Assembly (NCBI RefSeq): GCF_009914755.1
Contig: NC_060927.1
DNA: 64,000 nucleotides
Source of the DNA: the human T2T-CHM13v2.0 reference genome, Homo sapiens
Strand: one strand, 5' to 3'
In this document: one piece after another, positions 53,579-64,000 of the stretch
Numbering within the stretch: the first letter of the stretch is position 1
How the letters are laid out: each line of letters opens with the position of its first letter
The notes under the pieces: model-generated
What the model was told of the DNA's origin: nothing
What the model saw: only the letters and a program-made list of their open reading frames with translations
The model's database searches: none
Program-made: the position numbers and the translations under genes

Positions 53579-56059
53579 AAAAAAAGTGAGTACATTTGTT
53601 CTTTAAGCTCAGAGCCATGCCATAAAATATAATTCCCTAGAAATTGCAAAATTCAACAGTGCAATTAAGCACAATTACTTAAAAGCAAGAGAAAAAGATA
53701 ATGAAAATTGGTTAATATATAGACATGAAACAGCCCAGACTTCTATTTACTTTACTGATCTAAAGAATAAAAGAAAATAAGTGGTTCACTTAAGCTCCAT
53801 GGCAAAAGTGCCACATTCAAGCTGCCTCTCATTAGATAACCTAGCAGCATCCTTTGTAAATCTGGTTAACACTGAGGGTTACTTGTACTCCTCCTAACTT
53901 GGGAATTCATTTTGAATGCTATTGCAGTGGCTGTAGCTGTCTTTTCTCATCTAAAAACTAGCACTGATGATAATTGCTTAGTCTTTACACTGCTTAGTTT
54001 TCAAGGAGTCTTTGACAAGCCTCCTCTGTAACGTTTTCACCAGGTGTCATTTATAGGGACAAACTTACAAGTCACAAATAATAGGACTGAATTGCAGGTG
54101 CACTCGGACTTTTACAATATCAAAACAAGAGGCTAGAAACTAATTATTACAGAATGTCACAGCCACATATTATATCAGAAAGAGAAATGAACTTACAAAA
54201 GGGAATGTTCTTTTTAAGTATGATCGTCTCATTGAGTTCATTGTAATAAGTTTCTCTTCTTTTTTTCCCCAGTAATAAAGCCTTATTTTCTCAGAGTAGC
54301 TGTTTAATAACTGCTACACTCTGTATCCTTTATTATAATAACTGTGCATCAAATCTTCAAAATTGGATAAAGTACTTCATCCTTTATCAACTCGTTTCCT
54401 CTATAGACAAAATAAAGCCAGTGAAGATGTCATTCTTGTTCTTCGAAACAAGTAGATTAGTCCATTTTCTCATGGGATTTAGCAAAGTCCTTCAACAGAT
54501 GTGACTGGCAGAGGAAGAACCTGAAGATGCTGGCCCCAGGGAATAGACTGCTGCCTTGATAAATCTTTGGGTCATAAAAGGTCATCTCTTGATGTTTGTA
54601 AGAAAGATTGACTTACTAACAAATATCAGCAAGAGATCTTTCTGTAGTGTAAAATATAAAGAAAGAAAACTAACATTGAAAGAGCATTTGCATGTTAGCA
54701 GTGCCAATACCCAAACAAGTGCAGGTAAAGTATTTTCAGTTACACATTTACTGTAAATGATTTTTCAAGTCATTTCTGCGGGAAAATATTTGCTTTTCTT
54801 AGTTGTTTATATTTTCAGTGGGCTCTATAGAAACTACACAGTGAGCCTCCACACAGGAAATTTTAAGCCATAATAAAGTAATTATGGCCAGCTCCAGGAA
54901 ATGCTACTTTGAGATCCAGAGGTAAAATAAAAAATTGAAATTATAAGGTGCTTCATAAAAGCTGCTAGAAATTAAAAATCGCATTGACAGTTGAGGTCGA
55001 ATTACTTATTATTAATGAATTCATATACCTCACTCTAATATTTGGCTGCAATATTTTCAGCTTGCAAGACAACAGTAATAAGTAAGATTTAAAAACAAAA
55101 ATAAAACAGGGTGATCCAAACAGTTCCACTAGAACCACTCTATCACATTAGTAATTCTTAAATTTAGGAAACAAATCATTTCTTCCTTCAACTTGCTTTT
55201 AAAACAATTAATTAGGAAATTGAATTATTCTGAGTATATGCTTACAATGATTTGTCCTGCTGTGGGGAATGATGCCAGCCATATTGCCAATGAAACATTT
55301 TTTTCTTTCTTTCTTTTCTGTATGTTTTTTCTTCTGTTCCTACCTGTTTGAAAAATAGTTCATCTTCCCTCCCGTTAATGTTAGGATCCTTTCCCTAATA
55401 CCTAGTGAATTAATCTCATATACTAAGTTCTCAATGTGGGAGCCGTACCCTAGGAAATTTTTAAGCACTCCATGTTGTGTTAATTTTTGTATGAAAGCAA
55501 AAGAGAAGGATGAGTTGACACTTTAAAAGAAGTGTTTCTTTTTTGTTTTGTTTTGTTTTACTAAAAGGAAACAAACAGAGACTCCTGACCCACACAACCC
55601 TTGGTCACAATGATATAAACCTTATTTTATTTATTTTAAAGTTTGATGTCTAAATTTTAATGTTATGTATCACTACACACACACAACACTCACATACATA
55701 TACACACAGGCATATTGCTAGATTGTGGTGTCTGACAAGTATTTTAAAATAGAACTTTGCTTCTCATATATTATAAATTCAATAGTTGGATGTGCTCCCA
55801 GGATTTTTTCATATATAAGGATGTATATGACTGTCCCATTCTTCTCCAAAATATTCTCAACAATATATGACTTCTTCCAAATAATAAATGTTTTTAATAA
55901 CAATTGGGGATTTCAAAAAGAAATATATAGAAAACAGTGATGTAGCAAGTAGGCACATATTTTACCTATAGACATTTTGGGGAATATAACTGGGCAATAT
56001 GGGATTTGTGTACAGCATTAGAGTGTAAAGGCTGCAGTTTCATGAAGGATTTCTGAGGT

Positions 56060-56265
56060 CACATAATGATAATAGGAGGAATAGTTGTAATTTTTTAAAG
56101 CCCTTTGTATGCATCATTTTAATTCTTACATATCCTTGCACACGTATTACCTCTTTTGTTTCATGAATGATGTCCATAGATATTCAATTACTCACCCTGG
56201 GTCACAAAGATTTTTGGTGGAATAGTGGGGCTTTCATTATAGATGTGTCTATCTCTAATACCAAA
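56060..56265 (-). mobile_element. MIR
   Basis: tttaattcttaca..tattacctcttttg..attactcaccctgggtcaca..ggtggaatagtggg..tgtctatctcta. Confidence 0.5.
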
Positions 56266-57059
56266 TGGTTTACCAATCTAAGGCTGATAGGGTCACATAT
56301 TTTTACCATAATATAGAAAGTGCTAATAAGAAAATGCAGCTTTGATAAAGCAAAAGACCCACATTTTCCAGATGCATTTGAGTCAGTCTTTTAAAGGATG
56401 CAAGGATCCAGGAAAACATGAAGAACATAGACCTTTGGAAAAACTGTTATTAATAAATTGCATCTTGTAGAAGTGGGAGGAGCCTCGGAGTGATTATTGT
56501 TCCTGAAAGGTTGAGACTCTACCAACTAGCTGGAAATAACACATAATGTTCTATTCTGTTTAGAAGCTAGATCTGGACATTGAAAGAAACTTCCAGTCAG
56601 AGAAGACTTGAAATGACTGAATACAACTGACATAGAATATGTCTCAGGAAACAACCCATTCAAGCAACTCATTTTACACAAAGGAAATGAAGTGCTACAG
56701 AGGTTACACAATCTTGGTCTGTCATTTTATATAGATTTTTCCCAGAAAATCTCATATAATCCCTGTCATATGCCCATTACTCACATCTAAGCCAAGCAGA
56801 ACGTCTCAGCCTACCTCCAAAGGCACATATGCTGACCCCATTGGTTAGAATTCCCTTTCTCCATTTGCTACCTGGAAAACACCAAATTATGCTCTTTCAA
56901 GCATAGGATCAAAGGTACAATGCATTTCTTCGGTAAAATCAATCAATAAATAAGTAAATAAGTGAATTTAAAATTGCCATTTCTTAATTGCATTGGCTAT
57001 TCTTGAATGATGGTTGGAAATAAGTTTCTACAGCTTGGAAAATATCTAGGACTAGGGAA

Positions 57060-57950
57060 TGTGATTCAGTGTCCTTGGGAGAAGAACATTTGAGCATTCA
57101 AAGCCTTCCCCAGCTTCCAACCCCCTTCCTAGTAAAATGATCCCAAGCTCTACAAGCCCAGGTCCCTGAACTATTCACATGGCCCTCACCAGGCTGCTCA
57201 CAACTGCAGGGACTGGATATTGGTGTCTGAGCACAAGACTTTGAGTCAGCTTCCAAAAAGAGGACTGGTTAAGAGGGATGGTGCCTTCTGGTTTGCAATT
57301 TTCTGACTCCTTTGGGAGTTTGAACATGAGGTATGAGAGAACTGTCAACCAGCTTTGAGTGGTGCTGTGTATTAGTTTGTTTTCACACTGCTAATAAAGG
57401 CATACCTGAGACTGGGTAATTTATAAAGAAAAAGAGGTTTAACTGACTCACAGGTCCACATGGCTGGGGAGGCCTCACAATCATGGTGGAAGGCAAAGGA
57501 GGAGAAAGGCACGTCTTACATAGTGGCAGGCAAGAGAGTGGGGGCAGGGAAACTCACTTTTAAAAAATCATCAGATCTTCTGGAGACTTATTCACTATCA
57601 TGAGAACAGCATGGGAAAGATCCGCACCTATGATTCAATTACCTCCTACCTGGTCCCTCCCAGTACACATGCGAATTACAGGAGCTAAATTTCATGATGA
57701 GATTTGGGTGGGAACACAGCCAAAACATATCATGCTGTGAATCTGTTGTGGAAATAAAAAGCAGAAGAAGCAATGATTTGGAGGAACTCACTCACTAAGG
57801 CAGATAACTGTTAAAAGGGTAATGGACACAGCCTCCTGACTGGGGGATCAGAAAAAGTAAACTAAAAGATGGCCAGAAGGACATGTCTTCGGAAGTCTTA
57901 CCTGTGTGGCCAAGATGGTTTTTCTCTCATTTTCTTAAATCTCACATCTC
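57060..57950. mobile_element. Possible ancient ERVL-type LTR hosting the THE1
   Basis: GC-richer block on both sides of the THE1 with LTR16-like flavour; family not firmly recognised. Confidence 0.3.
57368..57732 (-). mobile_element. THE1C-like solo LTR
   Basis: tgtattagtttgttttcacactgctaataaag..gagatttgggtgggaacacagccaaaacatatca; perfect 5-bp TSD tgctg. Confidence 0.92.
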
Positions 57951-59374
57951 CATGTGTAGATCCTCACATTGCTTGAGAGACCCTGATCGTATCTCCACCT
58001 CTTGTAGCTTTGCATGGGAGTGTCATGTATAATTTATGAGGGAATGAAGTCAGTTCACCAAGTGTTCCTCATGATAAAAATGAAGAAGCGACTTCTTGTA
58101 AAAGGCCAATATTTATTATTATTATTATTTCATCTTTCATTATAAAACTAAAAAATCTCATTAAAAAGCAAATAAAATGTAAAAACTGTCAACAATAGAA
58201 TTAAAATATGTCTCTCATTTTCATGAGAAAATCAGAATTAAAATATAACTTTGATAGTTTATGTATAGTTTGTAAACATGTTAAGCAGATGAGGAAAAAT
58301 CTAAGGTTTTTTTTAACATTAGAAGTATTAAATTAACAAAAAAACACTAAGGTGTTGAAAATTTTCACAGGCACTAATGACCTCCATCTTACCACTCCCA
58401 ATCCATGTTTTTATCCTCATTTTAATTTACATCTAATCAACATTTATTGTTGTCTCTTTGTCTATAAAATAAAAATCCAGAAATTATATTTCCTTAAACC
58501 ATTTTTTAAATTAGGTGAGGTAACACAGATCAAATAATACACAGATTCTTGATAATTTTTTGGTTGTCCAACCTGAATTAAGTAAAAAATTTACAGAAGA
58601 AAGAGAAGTAAGTTAAATATATTCAGTTACATTAATTTTTCTGAAGTAAGACTCTAATACTTCTTGGAATTATATAGGGAAAAGTTTATGTCTTTAAATT
58701 AAGTTTATTCTATAAGTTAAGCAATAAAGATACCTTAATTGTCTATTTCTAAGTTAGTGAGGCTGATAATAAATAGTAAATTTGGTGGAAAATAAAAATG
58801 ATATGTGCTCCATTTCAAAAAGTCATTGAATAGCAATGTATTTTACCAAATAGAATGTGATTTATATAGTCATATGTGTATGTCCCATAATACTCTAACA
58901 AATTATTAGTAAAGCAGTACACTAAATATATTTCCCAACAAATTATAATTAGAAATGTAAATATCCCAATTAATAATAGAAGGCACAGGCATTTAGTTAC
59001 TTCATAAATAGGAACTAATTTAAATATATTCATGCCCTGTAAACTGTTGCTTGGTTTCTGCTTAGAGTAATTAGGCAACCATGAAATTAAAGGGAATAAT
59101 TAGATTACATTTTCCATCACATTGTAATTTTTTAAGGTTGGAACAGAAGGAGTAACAGATAATAGAGCCCAAATTTTCTCTTTCCATTAATTTAGCATGA
59201 TTTCTCAAAATGCATTTTATTTTTATAGCTAAATGTACATGCTCTATTCCATATACCTGTTAGCTTTTACTTAAAATAATTGTAATACTTTAAAAATAAA
59301 TAGATTTTTCTGTTACCTCTAGATTTCTGCTAATTATATGTTGAAAGCATGATTTATAAAGGGAAAAAGAAAAG

Positions 59375-59697
59375 GCCCCCGTTATCTATTTGGCTAAGGC
59401 GCTCACCTCCTTTAAGTGTGTGCTCAGCTTTCACCATTCTAATGTGACCTACCATGACCGACAGAGTGAATATTCTATCTTGGCACCCAGTCTTCACCAG
59501 TAGCATTCTGGCACCCCTTATTCTTTGTTTTCATTCTATAACATTTATCTTCTTAATACACACATGTAACTAGCTTGCTATTTATTTTTTCTTCCTCATG
59601 GTTAACTCCTGGACGGCAAAGATCTTTGTTTCTCACAGATGTATCCCAACCTCATTTAACAATGTTTATTTAAGGAATAAATATATTTGATAAATAC
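59375..59697 (+). mobile_element. L2 3' end
   Basis: ctcacctcctttaagt..ctcctggacggcaaagatctttgttt..gatgtatccca..aaatatatttga. Confidence 0.65.
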
Positions 59698-60324
59698 ATT
59701 TTATTGGATTACATTTTGCTCATTCACTGTGCTAGGAAAATCAAGTTTTAGTGTGCTGAAACTTATTTAGAACACTTCTTTAATCTTAGTATGTATTTTA
59801 AGGTTTTTTTGTATGAACGGTTGTTTAGTAATCTTAGAATCTGCCAGTCAATCCTCCAGAAGTTGGGAAGGAAATGTAATCCTGAAGTTCAATTTAAAAG
59901 CAGCACATTTACTTATTTTTTATCTATTTGTTAATGTTGCTAATATGAAGCTGTCTAAAATTGTGATATGTTTCAATAAGAAAAACGTAATAAAGGATGG
60001 TTAGGAAATGCAGTCTCATTCATTGGTTGATAATTTTAATGGAAGGATAGCTATCAATATTTAAAAATATGTCATGATAAGACATCCAGGAAATAGCTTC
60101 AAGTTTTAAAAAATACATCTTCAGGGTGCTGGTGACGTAAATGGTGAATTTGCAAAGCCAAATACTAAATAGTTTTTGCTTCTGATTACTCGCTTAGGTA
60201 GATGTAGAATTTCATCAGGGAGAGAAATATATATATTAAAATGAGTTGTATTCAATTGTTGTATAGAAATAAGAGCAAATCTGCTGTGTGTGGGGATAGT
60301 GGGAAGTTTTGATGCATAGGTCAC

Positions 60325-60390
60325 ATGTGTATGTCTGTGTGTGTGCATGTGTGTGCATGTGTGTATGTGTGTGTATGTGTACATGCATGT
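60325..60390. repeat. Interrupted (TG)n / (CATG) alternating purine-pyrimidine tract
   Basis: Direct reading: gtgtgtgtgcatgtgtgtgcatgtgtgtatgtgtgtgtatgtgtacatgcatgt. Confidence 0.85.
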
Positions 60391-62789
60391 AGTGTCCAGA
60401 ACTTGCTAAAGAGCTTATAACTTGCCTGTGATTCCATCTGAAGACTTTATTAACTGGATATGGCATCACACATGACAGAGGAGAAAAATCAAACTGACCT
60501 TGTACGGAAAGCTAAATGTGAGTTCTCCCTTCTTCAAAGAATTGCAAATTGGCTAATTTGATAAAGTCTGAACTTTATCAGATTTCTTATTTGGTAAAGT
60601 CTAAACTTTATCAAATTCTTTATCAATTTCTGGTAGTATCTATTTCATCCCTTTATAGTTATTCTGTCCCTGAGACACAGCAGAGTGTTAAGACAAAAAT
60701 GAGTAACAATTTTGTGGTCAAAAGAAAGAAAAACAAGCTCCAGCCCTGTGTCTTACTGAGTGTCAGTTGACATTCAAGTCCCATAACTGCCTCCAGCTTT
60801 CCTGGGAATGCTGTGGATGGCAGGTCTATTTTCCTTGAGAGCCACTTAGAATTTTCTTTTGTGACCTTCTGAGACTGCTCCTTATTCTGCCTCCTGCAAC
60901 TCTTTATTACAATTGCTTTTGCCCCTCTGACCCTGAGTTGCCTCTGAAGTTTCACCTTTTGGTCTCTGCCAATCTGGATCTCATTTTCTCTTTTACAGCC
61001 ATGAGGACTGGCAGCTTTTACTGAGTGAAGAGAGAGGGCATTTCTACGAGTATTATAGCTCATTAATTAGCCAGCCTGTAGAATTTGTCCTCTTAGTTCC
61101 CCTCTCAAAAATCATGAAACAGGTGACAATAGGCTTGGATCAGCCCAGCGTGGTACTCAAGACGTCCCACAACTCACGCCTGCCCAGTCAATCAGCTTGC
61201 AGTATCAGTCAAATTGCATGTGCTCAGCTGAGCCTCTTCTGATGGAAATTTCTTTTTGCACAGCTCATAGTGTGATAGAACGGGTTAGAGAGTAGTAATA
61301 TTACTATCTACACAGTGTTTTGTTTATAACATTTTCAACACCACTTATTAAGAAGTAATTTAACAAGTATTTATAGAATGCCTACCATATGATATTATAC
61401 ATACAATATATGCAGAATATTTTATACAAATATTTGTTTTATCATAAAACAGTCATGTATTTGTTACAATTAGTATTCTTTAAAAACTTCAATTCATGAG
61501 ATGTTTTAGACCTTATGAAGGCAAAAATTTTTTAAAGAGAAAAAAAATAAACACTTCAGCATTGGCATTAGGGTGAAGCTTGCTATTAACCTGTCTCCAG
61601 TGTTTTTAAGCAAACATGAATAGTATTGCACAAGGAGAATGCATCAGAACCTTGACTTTTATAAAATTCACAATACAACTTCAAGATTTCCTTGCAGACA
61701 AACTGAAGGTACTGTGGCCTTTTGAAGGTTGATTGCTGTGTTCACTTCTGCTCTTGGACAAGCCAGAGCTGCCAGCTTGTGCCCGTGTTGTGGAGCTGAC
61801 CGATGTTTTCCCATGTGTTATATTTGTTGCTGCACAGGCTCAATAGCGTCTACCTAGGATTTTACCTAGATTCTAGGCTTCTAACTTCTCCCAGGAGATA
61901 AAATTTTGATTATTCTACAGAAGATTTTCAGCTTGACTAATTATCTAACAAAGACAAATAAATCTGGGAGGCCTGCATTTTAAGTGATATTCACATATTT
62001 ATATATTAAGGGAAACTATAGATGACATTGTTTTAAGGTGAGAAAGTTACTACAGATAGTAAATTGGGAAAAAAATCCTTTGCAAATGCAATAGATTGAT
62101 TTTATAAAGCCACAAATATAGAGAGCTAGGAGAAATTATGAACAGCCCTTTTAATTGTTAATTATGTAATTATGGCATTTCAAAATTTTTCTTGTATGGC
62201 CTAATGAGAATTTTGTAACATCAAGGCTACATCTTAAGTGTTGTTGGATGCTCATGGAATGCTCTTCCTAAATTTCATTTTCATTTTTTCTTCCTAGTGT
62301 TTCTGCATTTTATCAGATAGAAAATAAAAGGGTGTATTTATATTACTGCTAGTAATTTTGACTAGTGTAGTTGATATTGCTTTACATTTATATTTCTGTA
62401 TCTGTCTTTCCTTTTCAACTCCATTCTTTTCACTGATTTCTCCCTCTGCTGTTTGTTTGTTACTCCCCATTTTATTAGATGATGGGACATTGGCTGCAGT
62501 TTCTGAATTTTAAAGTTTTCTTATTTTTTCCTTTAAAAAAATAAGTAAGTAAATGATTTCAAATTTTAAGAAAGCAGTCCTCCATTTGGAAATAAAAATA
62601 TTAATTAAAGTTTAAGCATATTGCATTGATGATAAACTCTTGATAAGGTATAAGCAAAAAGACAAATGGACTTTCATCCTGAACTCATCCTGAACTCATC
62701 CATTAAGTAACGGCTACTATTCCTGATTTTCTAAATTCTGGTTAGTTCTAGCCCTCAATCCCATACATAAAAGAAAAACGTGAAGGAAA

Positions 62790-63470
62790 GTTATGCTAGT
62801 ATAGTATACTATACCAATTAATTTAGCAAAAATTGCCAAGTTTGACAGTGTATTCTTTTGGCAAGGCTAGGGAAAAGGAAGTATGCTCATATATTTCTGG
62901 TAGTACTGTAAGTTGGTACATGCCCCATGGAGAAATATTTGGCAATATCTGTCAATATGAGAAATTAATATACCCTAGGACCAACAACTTCACTTCTGAA
63001 AATTTATCCTTTGACACACTTGGCACACACGTAATAGACAAATGCTCAAAGTCGGTCATTGTAGTGTTGTTTGTAACAGCAAAGAATTGGAAACCATACA
63101 AATGTCTATTAGCAGAATATTGCTTAAATACATTATAGCACACACAGTGATATGGAAAATATTGAGCGGCCCTAAAGAAGAAAGAGGAGTCTATACACTT
63201 ATGGAGAAAAATGATAAATAACACTCTAAAATAATAAAAAAGTCATAGAAAGGCATATGTCAAATATGTTAATTTTATACAAAAAGGTCAAAAATAAGAA
63301 TATGTATTTGCATTTGCCTGTATATGCTGAAAAAAAACTGTAAAGACACATACATTCACACATAAAAGCTGTTATCTAATGGTGACTGGATGAAATGCAG
63401 AAAAATAAGGCATGAAATGAGAAGTGAAAATTCCACTGTATTTCATTTTGTTGGAGCATCATAAGTATAT
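62790..63470 (+). mobile_element. Decayed L1ME 3' fragment
   Basis: tggtagtactgtaagttggtaca..tttggcaatatct..gtgttgtttgtaacagcaaagaattggaaacc. Confidence 0.65.
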
Positions 63471-63589
63471 TCCTTATTATACACACTGATATTTATTATA
63501 ATATTATACACACATAAGCACACAACAGATCTGGTCAATGTGGAGAAGAAAATGTATCAGAAAACTAATGATAACTCTAATTACTACAA

Positions 63590-63762
63590 TTGAGCAGAGA
63601 GCTTGGTTCCAAAGAAATTCCTGGGGTAATGGAAATATTTCTATGTTGATTGTGGTGGTGGCTTCTTCACAGGTGTGTATTTTTCTCAAAATTCCTCTAT
63701 TGGTACACCCTAAGTTGATGTGGGTTATTAAATACAAATTATACCTCAATAAAGTTGATTAG
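63590..63762 (+). mobile_element. L1ME 3' terminus
   Basis: ggggtaatggaaatatttctatgttgattgtggtggtgg..aaattatacctcaataaagttgatt. Confidence 0.75.
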
Positions 63763-64000
63763 AATAGCTTTGTGCTGGACTTCCAAAGTTAACAACAATA
63801 ATAATATCAATGTAAACTATTATATATAGACTACTCTGTCATATGGATGTTGTCTTTTGTAGAGATTTATGCAAAACAAAAAGCATTCCTTCAGGTGCAT
63901 AACATTAAATCACATGTGAAGACATTTCTAAAGAGTGCTAAAGCAGTCTGATTTGGTCTATGCTTTATCAGCCCTTAGAAGATAATGTCCACATAAACGA

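Overview
AT-rich primate (human-like) genomic DNA with no intact protein-coding gene, RNA gene or CRISPR array that I can support. Roughly half of the window is interspersed repeats: Alus, LINE-1s of many ages (including a full-length decayed L1PA8-like element inserted in an older L1MA), MaLR LTRs (MLT1, MST, THE1), DNA-transposon fossils (MER96B, MER20, MER58A, Tigger4), L2, MIR and a CR1/L3 relic. The only gene-derived sequence is a decayed processed pseudogene of OSBPL9 (about 51606-53578, + strand), flanked by a target-site duplication (TSD). It lacks the PH-domain 5' end and has a large internal gap. I found no convincing new biological system. The best leads are retrotransposition-mechanism oddities (a candidate 3' transduction, a 5'-inverted L1 missing its 3' arm, a 302-bp tandem duplication and T-rich tail in an L1PA, multi-level nesting), a 31-bp palindromic minisatellite and a tandem GATA-hairpin repeat. 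Repeat subfamily names and the OSBPL9 match come from recalled consensus sequences rather than a search, and the boundaries of old repeats are approximate.
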